NCBI RefSeq assembly: GCF_963676685.1
Contig: NC_092344.1
Span: 125,116,001 to 125,180,000 of the forward strand
From: Mytilus edulis
Lineage: Eukaryota
Reading direction: 5' to 3'
Length of the DNA: 64,000 nucleotides
The translations under genes were made by a program, and so were the position numbers. Positions 55,701 through 63,039 of this stretch are shown piece by piece (the first letter of the stretch is position 1; every line of letters starts with the position of its first letter). The notes beneath the pieces are model-generated. The model did no database searches, was not told the DNA's origin, and saw only the letters and a list, made by a program, of their open reading frames with translations.

Positions 55701-58700
55701 AACATATATCTACCATTTTTTTTTACATGGAACATTTTACCATAACGTTGCATGTAAAAACGTGTGTTGTTTAGCGCGGTGAATAACACTTTCTCAGGTA
55801 AATATGCTTTTGTATTCAAAATCCAATTCATATAGAGAAACCTACTAAAATAATACCAATATGGAATAAGTCTAAATATTCTTCAAATTCAAAGAGTTCT
55901 TTAAAAAGTTAAGAAATAATGCTTTGGGAGAATTTTCCATTTCTGATTTCCATGTCTGCTGAAGTTGGTCAAAAATTATCTGTAGAATGCTCAACTTAAA
56001 CCATTTTGGATTAAAACTAAAGTTGCTCTGATTTAACCAAATATTTGAAAGTCCATATTTATTCAAGATATTTTTTATACATATCAACCATTCAAAATTT
56101 TAAGAGTACTAACTGATCTTCAAGTTAGTATTACACAGCTAAAACAATGTTGTATTATGGTCAGGTGATCAAAAGTTATGGTTGTTTTAGCAGTCAGTAA
56201 ATAGGTGTAAAAATTCATTTTAAATTTAGTAATTACTGGTAATAACTGGGCCGTTTAAGGAATTACTTGTATTAACTAAGTGCATCGGGAATTACCTGTA
56301 ATTCCTAAATTTTAGTAATTACATGTAATTCCTAATTTCACCTATTTACTGTAACATATATATGTGTAATTAATTGATCTTTTAATTCTAACTAATATGA
56401 TCTACACTCAAATGCACTTTTTAACATTATGATTTAAGAGCATATTAAAAATCCATGTTACAATTGTTAACTGATGCTATGATATAAAGAATTGTTGAAG
56501 TTTTTTCCTATTTAAGTACTAAGAAATGAGAATTTATAAGGTGAAAAATTCTTTTTTAAACTTTTGCATAATTAAGTATTGAACATAATTTAATTGGAAA
56601 AACTAACTAAGAAGCATTATTGTTATTTTACGATGCCACAATGTCAGTGTATGTTGAATGTGCTTTCATCTGAATGAAACTATCTCGGTACCCAAGTCAG
56701 GTAAGATAGTATATCATTTTCTGATACCCAAGTTATGTTATGACTTGATACTAATGTATGATTGCTCTTTATAACCACAGAAGACACCTGAACAGGGAAG
56801 GAGGGAATGGATAGATACGTCAGGCCCTAAAGGAATTATTGCTGGGGTCGATTCATATAACTATGATAAACGTAAAAACTTTGCTGAGGAACGGAAAAAA
56901 GAATATAAAGATATTATGGAAAAGGTACCAGTGTGCTTTGTATGCTAGGCTCTACTTTGTTATCTGGTTCCCTTTAGATTATATAACATGTCTGTTGCGT
57001 TATATGTTGTTTTGAATATACATGGCTTCAATACTTAATGAAAGTTACTCTATTTGCTTAGATAGATTATTTCAGTGCAATTTATGAGAGAGAATTTCTG
57101 TAAAAGTTGTAATATAATAGAGAATCCAGTTTAAAGTTGACCTCACTGAAATTTTCTGAAAACTTTCAGTGTGGTATATTAGAGATTTAGCTAAGCTAGT
57201 TTATACAGAACATTACTTTTGACATATAAAAGCTACTTGAAGAAAGTCCATGTATATTTACTGTTGTCATATAATATTTTCTACTCTCTAATAATTAATT
57301 AATTACCTTGTATGGTTTAGTTTAATTTAATAAAACATTTCTAAAACTGGATACCAAGTTTCATGTGGTAACTGGAACAACATTTTTGTTTAACCCTTTC
57401 ACCGATTGCTGCCCAGACAGAAGCTACTCTGAGACGATGGCTTCCCTGGCTACTTTTACTCAAGTGGGAGATCTTAATAATAAATGTCAATAAAAACTTG
57501 TTTGTAGTTATTTGTTTATTTATTTCATTCACTAACACCAAGTTCACAGGTTTTTTTATGTTTTGATAATTTTTTCCTCATAAAATATTCAAATTTTCAA
57601 TTTTTCGGCATTATTTCAGTGAAATTCTCAAAATTCTGCTTATTGACCCCAAATCGTAATTTTTTTAACCCAAAATGGCAAAATTTTGAAAAAAAATTAT
57701 GAGGCTGTACAAATTCCTCACACTGAACGATGTCCATTCCAAGTGTTTTGAACATAAAACGACATTTTATGTCAAAAAAGTATACTAGTTTGGCCTCAAT
57801 TCTTCCATATTCTTTCTAAAAAATTGTTCCCTCATTTCAAATTCTCGTAAATTCCGTAAATTTCCTCTGATTTTGACACGGTTTTCAACAAACTGAAGCG
57901 TCATGTTTACACTTTCATCCGGGTTATTCATCAAAGAAAGATAACTCATGTTTGCACTGTTTGAGCCGGAAATATAAAAGATGTATTCCGATCCCGGTAA
58001 AACGGGACTCGTCGTCAGCAGTCTGAAGCGTGAATCCCGGTAAACCGGGACTCATCGGCGAAAGGGTTAAGTTATATAAAATGTACTGCAGATTTTTGAA
58101 ATTATGCATAGGCATTTGTATCTTGTCTTAAAATTGAAAGGATTTTTTTTCAGAAATACCTCTATAGGGATAGAAAGACACTGATATTATATCAAATTTG
58201 ATAGGTGTTGCTTAGTTTTGAAAACAAAAGAAAGTAACAAACTTTTGATTTTCTTATTTCTTGAACAGTCCATATACAAAAAAGTAATTTGCAAAATGTC
58301 AAGAATCTGTTGAACAGGCTACATGCAAACTTGGTAATGATGAAATAGTAACAAACTCTTATCTTGCATGAAAAGTGATAGCCTTTATTAGTTATTAATA
58401 ATGTATGATATGGAAAAGGAATATGTACAGAATAATATTATTGTAGGGTAAATGTATACTGAGTTGTTTTAAGACTAAGGCCAAGGGTTTAACAGTGTCT
58501 GTTTTTAGACTAAGGCCAAGGGTTTAACAGTGTCTGTTTTTAGACTAAGGCCAAGGGTTTAACAGTTTCTGTTTTTAGACTATAAGGCCAAGGGTTTAAC
58601 ATTGTCTGGTGTTGGTTAATTATGCCCCACCTACGATAGTAAAGGGGCAATATGTTTTCTGGTCTGTGGGTCCGTTTGTTCGTACGTTTGTTTGTTCGTT

Positions 58701-61700
58701 CGTCCCGCTTCAGGTTAAAGTTTTTGGTCAAGGTAGTTTTTGATGAAGTTGAAGTCCAATCAACTTGAAACTTAGTACACATGTTCCCTATGATATGATC
58801 TTTCTAACTTTAATGCCAAATTAGAGTTTTTCTCCCAAATTCACAGACAACTGAATATGGAAAATGATAGTGCGAGTGAGGCATCCGTGTACTTTGGACA
58901 CATTCTTGTTTTTGAATTGTTATCTTATTTTTACCCTTATTCTGGGTTTAAGTATATATATCCTCTTTTATTCTATGAGTCTTTTTTTAGCTCACCTGGC
59001 CTAAAAGGCCATGTGAGCTTTTCTCATCACTTGGCGTCCGTTGTCGTCGTCGTCGACGTCGTCGTCGTCGTCGTCGTCGTTAACAATTTTTCAAACATCT
59101 TCTCCTCTGAAACTACTGAATGGATTTGAATGAAACTTAACATGATTGTTCCTTAGTATATCCTGCACAAAATGTGCGCTTCGATTTTTGATCCGTCAAA
59201 AAACATGGCCGCCGTTACTTAAAATAGAACATAGGGGTCAAATGCAGTTTTTGGCTTATATCTCAAAAACGAAAGCATTTAGAGCAAATCTGACATGGAG
59301 TAAAAATGTTCATTAGGTCAAGATCTATCAGCCCTGAAATTTTCAGATGAATCAAACAAACCATTGTTGGGTTGCTGCTACTTAATTGGTAATTTTAAGG
59401 AAATTTTGCAGTTTTTGGTCATTATCTTGAATATTATTATAGATAAAGATAAACTGTAAACAGCAAAAAAGATCAGCAAAGTAAGATCTACAAATAAGTT
59501 AATATGACCAAAATTGTCAATTGACCCCTTAAGGGGTTATTGTCCTTTAATGACAATTTTTCACAATTTGTTCATCATATTTGCTAACTTTAAAAAATCT
59601 TCTCCTCTGAAACTACTGAATGGATTTGGTTAAAACTTAGCATGATTGTTCCTTAGATTATCCTGCTCAAAGTGTGTGCTTTGATTTTTGATCCGTCAAA
59701 AAACATGGCCGCCGTTACTTAAAATAGAACATAGGGGTCAAATGCAGTTTTTGGCTTATATCTCAAAAACGAAAGCATCTAGAGCAAATCTGACATGGAG
59801 TAAAAATGTTCATTAGGTCAAGATCTATCAGCCCTGAAATTTTCAGATGAATCAAACAAACCATTGTTGGGTTGCTGCCACTTAATTGGTAATTTTAAGG
59901 AAATTTTGCAGTTTTTGGTCATTATCTTGAATATTATTATAGATAAAGATAAACTGTAAACAGCAAAAAAGATCAGCAAAGTAAGATCTACAAATAAGTT
60001 AATTTGACCAAAATTGTCAATTGACCCCTTAAGGGGTTATTGTCCTTTAATGACAATTTTTCACAATTTGTTCTTCATATTTGCTAACTTTAAAAAATCT
60101 TCTCCTCTGAAACTACTGAATGGATTTGGTTAAAACTTAGCATGGTTGTTCCTTAGATTATCCTGCACAAAGTGTGTGCTTTGATTTTTGATCCGTCAAA
60201 TAACATGGCCGCCGTTACTTAAAATAGAACATAGGGGTCAAATGCAGTTTTTGGCTTATATCTCAAAAACGAAAGCATTAAGAGCAAATCTGACATGGAG
60301 TAAAAATGTTCATTAGGTCAATATCTATCAGCCCTGAAATTTTCAGATGAATCAAACATCCAATTGTTGGGTTGCTGCCACTTAATTGGTAATTTTAAGG
60401 AAATTTTGCAGTTTTTGGTCATTATCTTGAATATTATTATAGATAAAGATAAACTGTAAACAGCAAATATGATCAGCAAAGTAAGATCTACAAATAAGTC
60501 AATTTGACCAAAATTGTCAATTGACCTCTTTAGGAGTTATTGCCCTTTAAAGACTTTTTTCACAATTTGTTCACCATGTTGACTTACTTTAAAAAATCTT
60601 CTCTTATGAAACTGCTGTATCAATTTCAGCCAAACTTAGGCTAAATGAGTTTCAGAGTTTCAGAGTATCTAGTATAAATTTTATATTTCATTTCCTTGTA
60701 TGTCAAGAAACATAGCTCCTATGGCTAAAATAGAACATAGGAGAAAATGATTTTTTTTTGCTTTTGAAGAAAATAGGACGATTCAAAGAACATTTAAATA
60801 AATTGAAAAGCCAAAATAATCATTGATGAGAGATTAAACCAAAAAAATTCAGGTGAGCGATTCAGGCTCTTGAGAGCCTCTTGTTTAAATTCAAGATAAT
60901 GTTATTAATTTAACTTAAGCCTTTTTGGTATTGGCCTTTTTTAATTTTTTGATTTAACAGATTTTAACTGTTAATTATATAATCATTATAGGTAATTTTA
61001 TGAGTTTTTGCCAAAGTTTGAATGTATAGTAAAGAATTCTATTGTAAATACCTATCGTTTTGGTTCCTTTTCTGATTTGCATATTGTAGTTGATTAACAT
61101 TTTTAAATTAATTTAATCAACTATAAAAAGAAAGCAGGTGTTTCTTCCACCAAAGTAGAGGTTGAGGAACCAGTTCAAGAAGAGGAGGTTTGTTATTTTG
61201 ATATTGTCAGTTTGTGGAGGTTATTTAAGATTATTTTTAAAACAAACAATATACCCATTCATAGAAGATATTGTAATAATTAGTTTGCCTTTTCATTTTC
61301 AAATGTTGATAATGTACCTACCTAAAGTTTTCTTGGTGGATCAGATTAAATAAAAAGATGCGATAAGACATTATTGAAGAACACTTCAGACTCATTGATT
61401 GTCACTTTAATCTACAAGTGTGTACAATAATTAGTGTAAAGATTGCATTCAATCCCTAATGGAACTTCTTTGATTTGTATGGGATTTTCCTGAAATAATC
61501 AATACTTTTTGGAAACACATTAATGTAGTGCATTGAGATGAACATCTTATACATCCTAAAAATATTTTATGGAAATATATACTCAGATACTCAAGTTACA
61601 AAATAAAGTGTATGTATAGAACCAACTTCTTCATGTTTTACAAATGGCATTTGAATGTACATTTTTGTGTAATATTAAAATTGGGTAATCTTCTTTTGTC

Positions 61701-63039
61701 CGTAATTGTAGTTGAGCCAACTTCACTTCTAGACAAGAGGAGATATACCTAAATTGAATATTGCCTTCCATTTATCAAACATTGCAATGTTTAATTTCGG
61801 TTTCCATTGCAAAATGAATGCAATCTTTACCCACAGTGCTCTCAAGCACTTTGATTTTATCAGAATGTTTGTATGTTGTAATTACTGAAATACATGCATG
61901 TTAAAAATTATTATTCAGATTTTGTATTAACATTTTTCATATAAGTATCAGTTTTGAAAGTAAAAGAAAATACATCAATTGTAAGAAAAGCAATGAAAAA
62001 AGGGAAATAAATCGCAGGGATCATGAATATGGTTAAAAAAAAATTCTTTTTGTTGCTTTTAATTGGTTCTTTTACATATAAAATTGATACTTGACTACTA
62101 ATTGTTGCATGTAGCCAGCTTTAGAACGGAAACCTACCACACCTATTAACCTTAATGCTGTGAAGATTTTCCCCGTCGGATCAGGTTATACCAGAAGACA
62201 GCGCGAATTACAAGCAGAAAGAAAGAAAAATTTTAAAGACTTTGCTGAAAAGGTTTGTCTGAAAACCAGAAAGAAGATAGATTTAGTGTGTAATGTCGAC
62301 ATTGTCATGTTCCTGTTATGTTATAATGGTATTGTTAGTGTAGTGTTATTTTATGTTATTTTATGTTATTGTTATACTTTGTATTTTATGAGAATTTTGT
62401 TAACCTATGTAGCAGAGGTACATTGAGAATTACTTTATTTCTTACTTAATAATACCACCATTTCCATCTCTAAGTTTGACTATTGGAGATGGTAGACTCT
62501 ATTTACACCTCTGTGGATGAAAAGAAATCCTGAAAAACAATAAATGAAATGATTATAACAGTTAATAAGTATAATCCGATTCTCCCTGAGCATGATTCCT
62601 TCTTGACCACCATCCGGTTTTGGATTAGAATATTTGATTTGTTTCTACAAATCAAATATTACATGCAAATTTAGTGGAAATTAGCTAAGGGATAATTTTC
62701 CAAAAAGCAGAATTACTGATATTCAGTTTATAGAACTTTTTGGTTGATTCAGGATCCTTTAGCTTCGCTAATTTTGAAAATTTATTATGAAAGCTACACC
62801 AAATATATAAATAGATTTTGATTATTATAAAGACATAATTATGTTGTTTATAAAATTCTTTCTTTGTTTAGAAAAATGAAATCTATAAAAAGCAGCAAGA
62901 AAACCGAGAGAGTTTCCGTGAAAGTTTAGACCGTGATCTAATGGAGTCGCCACCTATAATTCCTATTGGAGAATATGACACAAAGAAACGTCAGTTCAAA
63001 CAAGAGGCCCACCAAGAAATGGTCAATTTCCTTGAACGG
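13667..63039 (+). CDS. Large multi-exon gene encoding a CSPP1-like helical-repeat protein (about 27 coding exons, about 1,130 aa in this window, 3' end beyond the window)
   Basis: A chain of AG/GT-bounded, stop-free exons, all phase 0 with coding lengths divisible by 3. Most end in an ER..EYN.FL.K motif. Similarity to CSPP1 repeats is recalled, not searched. Confidence 0.85.
13692..14059. repeat. 60-bp minisatellite (6 copies) duplicating the exon 3' end and donor
   Basis: Unit gggatatctattcttYagaaccaacaaggaccagtaagtataattgtatgaggtactcaa. Confidence 0.95.
14439..15010 (-). mobile_element. 3' end of a CR1/L2-group LINE (ORF2 C-terminus, 3'UTR and (ATT)n tail)
   Basis: Peptide LMHKCLKNEAPVYL...YKKSFIYSGSILWNNLP...FKK, followed by a structured 3' end, AATAAA and an (ATT)n tail. 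Confidence 0.8.
15797..16665. repeat. 41-bp minisatellite (aaatatgatacatgtcacttagtggcacatgacagtgtctt), interrupted at 16402-16612
   Basis: Tandem period of 41, with degenerate copies on both flanks. Confidence 0.92.
16402..16612. mobile_element. Small TIR element inserted in the 41-bp repeat
   Basis: Imperfect TIRs tgtcaacgtatatttgttcc and ggaacttatattccgtgaca, with ACAT on both sides. Confidence 0.55.
17199..17300 (+). CDS. Repeat exon: ITSGYVSNSDIRQRERKDQIKWERQREYEDLMNK
   Basis: tttgtag| ... aag|gtaaaa, 102 nt, phase 0-0. Confidence 0.85.
17519..17551 (+). CDS. Micro linker exon: PGEPEQGQQQQ
   Basis: ttttcatttag| ... cag|gtatac, 33 nt, a GC-richer island. Confidence 0.65.
18759..18884 (+). 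CDS. Repeat exon: PNPPVYYKTGGAGNSLPLGSYEESRKTLDDQRQQEYNRFVTQ
   Basis: gtttttag| ... cag|gtatca, 126 nt. Closest to the recalled CSPP1 SLPLG..YE motif. Confidence 0.9.
21319..21468 (+). CDS. Repeat exon: KKDTENKRREELYRNSQQNYRPPPEPEMYDHGQIAKDLREERQKEYNDYL
   Basis: ttttatag| ... ctc|gtaagt, 150 nt. Confidence 0.9.
23560..25710. repeat. Old, degenerate ~21-24-bp tandem repeat (tgtcatgttttagctgcagct-like)
   Basis: The motif recurs dozens of times with high divergence and a strong T/G strand bias. Confidence 0.8.
26399..27018. mobile_element. Non-autonomous element with a ~160-bp terminal hairpin and a short inverted repeat pair
   Basis: Hairpin 26399-26558. Inverted repeat attctgataggac (26560-26572) pairs with gtcatgttagaat (27006-27018). 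Confidence 0.7.
27453..27599 (+). CDS. Repeat exon: KQKISEEHSRIKHRHRYTPAGGLAIGQYDLQRKRLRDELSRDYKQSLLK
   Basis: ctttcctaacag| ... aag|gtaatt, 147 nt. Confidence 0.9.
27912..28046 (+). CDS. Linker exon: QRQDQLVFRAKEFQLDSAPEYLGNLTEERPLVGSPRLSYEIPKYQ
   Basis: cttttag| ... cag|gtattc, 135 nt, stop-free in phase 0. Confidence 0.75.
29786..29917 (+). CDS. Repeat exon: REQEIHTRRQMPPTPPGGLNIATEQERKRVEDIKKTMYRDELLK
   Basis: ttttacattag| ... aag|gttaat, 132 nt. Confidence 0.88.
29940..30150. repeat. ~32-bp minisatellite (ctaagttcataatgaacttgacctttagtatt), about 6 copies
   Basis: Tandem periodicity. The unit contains the palindrome aagttcat-a-atgaactt. Confidence 0.85.
30454..30627 (+). CDS. Pro/Arg-rich linker exon: QQKEQLYNRATQQGEVSVINRTSPTQAPPNQISPRGRPPPHPDSGRRRGPPPQNDRMQ
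   Basis: atttgtag| ... cag|gtgggt, 174 nt. Confidence 0.85.
30799..33433. repeat. 62-bp intronic satellite (about 34 copies), split by a MITE
   Basis: Unit tatccaagaatagagataacagggttatttcccttgtctgtacctaacttgatggtcagagg. Confidence 0.97.
32485..33003. mobile_element. 519-bp MITE with hAT-like termini and a 6-bp TSD
   Basis: TIRs catagatgccaacc and ggttggcatctatg. GAATAG duplicated at 32479-32484 and 33004-33009. Confidence 0.9.
33617..33742 (+). CDS. Linker exon: EKSRETPNYWNEGRQAPSPKSVESDSKNVKPLNVESETKTKQ
   Basis: taacag| ... cag|gtatac, 126 nt, stop-free in phase 0. Confidence 0.78.
35497..35616 (+). CDS. Repeat exon: PMESHRPQEGDLRTGFFDDRRASPLNRDERQQDYQQFLAN
   Basis: ttctacag| ... aat|gtaggt, 120 nt. 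Confidence 0.87.
35670..36727. mobile_element. hAT non-autonomous element
   Basis: TIRs tagtgttgtcaa and ttgacaacacta. 8-bp TSD CTTTAATA at 35662-35669 and 36728-36735. Subterminal AACCGGTT motifs. Confidence 0.92.
36806..37556. mobile_element. Possible decayed piggyBac-like MITE
   Basis: Imperfect inverted ends ttagctttaccctgctg and cagcatggtaagggttga. The TTAA sites are degenerate. Confidence 0.35.
37928..38092 (+). CDS. Repeat exon: KQREDEMKHQRLEDQRHAPHLDLSKGDYYDAETYERKRMSLNSERKNDYQNFLSK
   Basis: tttatag| ... aag|gttagt, 165 nt. Confidence 0.9.
40455..40565 (+). CDS. Repeat exon: QKENKMSQVKETEDFQTERHHVLAKERNREYNEFLEQ
   Basis: attcag| ... cag|gtttgt, 111 nt. Confidence 0.87.
41108..41386 (+). 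CDS. Long repeat exon: KRKMRPITRDMGG...SLSINEEAKAASKMSMKMERKREYNNYLKNQTTKK
   Basis: Pyrimidine tract plus taaatag| ... aag|gtatta, 279 nt. Confidence 0.88.
41629..41760 (+). CDS. Repeat exon: PQGLTKEKTPQGYGSLYFNEEYSERREKAQKHALNEEYNQYLTK
   Basis: aattag| ... aag|gtatat, 132 nt. Confidence 0.87.
42138..42254 (+). CDS. Repeat exon: EGLKQEKVEPLQLEEDYQTRRQKELAIERHQDFIDYLEK
   Basis: ttatag| ... aag|gtatta, 117 nt. Confidence 0.83.
42604..42780. repeat. 24-bp minisatellite (aatgttgattctgtcgtccatttt), about 7 copies
   Basis: Tandem periodicity. Confidence 0.92.
43590..43727 (+). CDS. Repeat exon: QNSGVTSQRNGPVVNVGLPLYQEKYDDHYNNLKQKRNNEYNELLEQ
   Basis: atttgtag| ... cag|gtaaaa, 138 nt. Confidence 0.9.
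44706..44744 (+). CDS. Micro linker exon: MSNRQNMKADKLF
   Basis: Strong tttttttcttcag| acceptor and ttt|gtatgt donor, 39 nt, phase 0-0. Confidence 0.55.
46352..46486 (+). CDS. Repeat exon: TSRPSYRQYTPESLQGLPIGQTRYDHQKKQQEVQRNREYNEHLAK
   Basis: tattttag| ... aag|gtagac, 135 nt. Confidence 0.9.
47078..47859. mobile_element. Non-autonomous element with a 13-bp inverted repeat pair, a ~108-bp terminal hairpin and an internal tRNA-like segment
   Basis: ttacatcccagct (47078-47090) pairs with agctgggatgtaa (47739-47751). Hairpin 47752-47859. Confidence 0.72.
48735..48836 (+). CDS. Divergent repeat or linker exon: KGEKIGMEDELLTRRDMTLKKYMEDQVRSEMHDK
   Basis: ctttatag| ... aag|gtaaac, 102 nt. Confidence 0.75.
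49432..49572 (+). CDS. Repeat exon: FRDFTKPSEKDVGPDKFGLPIGQFRYDDWRKHQVVERSKEYQDMQAQ
   Basis: atacag| ... cag|gtatct, 141 nt. Confidence 0.88.
51723..51860 (+). CDS. Repeat exon: QSSGHRAWVDMTSPVGALGGRDTYSDNNKKKFNNQRRKDYNEILAK
   Basis: CAG|CAG (NAGNAG) acceptor ... aag|gtattt, 138 nt. Confidence 0.88.
52321..52474 (+). pseudogene. Decayed or frameshifted repeat exon (QPKSNHEWKDSSGLKGVLATKDLYYEK / RKKINEERRQDYNRILS); may survive as a truncated exon 52321-52404
   Basis: Good acceptor ttctatgtag|. The repeat helix lies in a shifted frame after an A5 run, and no GT occurs at the expected end. An in-frame tac|gtaaaa donor is present at 52405. Confidence 0.65.
52538..53237 (+). repeat. Interspersed repeat (aaaattgagaaaggaaatgg...tgtcaaag family)
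   Basis: The first ~140 bp are homologous to 6238-6380. Confidence 0.65.
53679..53800. repeat. 45-bp tandem repeat, about 3 copies
   Basis: tatacatttataccttgagcgattagtatttatttatctacagtg. Confidence 0.8.
53811..54126. repeat. 24-26-bp minisatellite ttgttctgt(ta)ntgtgtaa
   Basis: Tandem periodicity. The repeat resumes at 56357 after an insertion. Confidence 0.9.
55099..55392 (+). mobile_element. Short Helentron-like (HINE/pearl-type) element
   Basis: atgccccac and gtggggcat inverted repeats, a (GTCC/GTTC)n microsatellite and a short 3' hairpin. A second copy lies at 58620-58910. Confidence 0.8.
55514..55869. mobile_element. Element with a ~146-bp terminal hairpin and a 12-bp inverted repeat pair
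   Basis: Hairpin 55514-55659. ttattccacatt (55661-55672) pairs with aatatggaataa (55858-55869). Confidence 0.68.
55872..56100 (-). mobile_element. LINE ORF2 fragment (RTEX-like)
   Basis: IKNILNKYGLSNIWLNQ...DQLQQTW...SPK is typical of the region downstream of the RT domain. Confidence 0.55.
56781..56924 (+). CDS. Repeat exon: KTPEQGRREWIDTSGPKGIIAGVDSYNYDKRKNFAEERKKEYKDIMEK
   Basis: ccacag| ... aag|gtacca, 144 nt. Confidence 0.9.
57394..58066. mobile_element. piggyBac-type MITE
   Basis: TTAA at 57390-57393 and 58067-58070. TIRs ccctttcaccgat and atcggcgaaaggg. Confidence 0.85.
58466..58608. repeat. 35-bp tandem repeat, about 4 copies
   Basis: gtttttagactaaggccaagggtttaacagtgtct. Confidence 0.88.
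58620..58910 (+). mobile_element. Second copy of the short HINE-like element
   Basis: Highly similar to 55099-55392. Confidence 0.82.
58986..60885 (+). mobile_element. Helentron-associated non-autonomous element with three or more internal ~500-bp tandem repeats
   Basis: gctcacctg and caggtgagc subterminal IRs, (GTC)n and 3' hairpin aggctcttgagagcct. The unit tctcctctgaaactactgaatgg occurs at about 59101, 59601 and 60102. Confidence 0.9.
61131..61187 (+). CDS. Possible short linker exon: KAGVSSTKVEVEEPVQEEE
   Basis: 57 nt, phase 0-0, gag|gtttgt donor. The AAG acceptor is weak. Confidence 0.5.
62115..62252 (+). CDS. Repeat exon: PALERKPTTPINLNAVKIFPVGSGYTRRQRELQAERKKNFKDFAEK
   Basis: catgtag| ... 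aag|gtttgt, 138 nt. Confidence 0.88.
62872..63039 (+). CDS. Repeat exon: KNEIYKKQQENRESFRESLDRDLMESPPIIPIGEYDTKKRQFKQEAHQEMVNFLER
   Basis: ttctttctttgtttag| ... cgg|gtataa, 168 nt. Confidence 0.9.

Larger units (their letters stand above)
54127..56356. mobile_element. 2.2-kb TIR element inserted in a (TA)n tract, containing nested repeats
   Basis: TIR tgttacagtaaataggtgaaattaggaattaca matches its reverse complement at the right end for more than 30 bp. Subterminal gtaattac repeats at both ends. Confidence 0.85.

Noticed and set aside
17199-63039. Dscam-style mutually exclusive splicing with docking/selector sequences
   Set aside because: I saw no shared complementary selector motif upstream of the exons. 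Consecutive exons read as a continuous protein (helices often continue into the next exon), so tandem inclusion or cassette skipping is more parsimonious.
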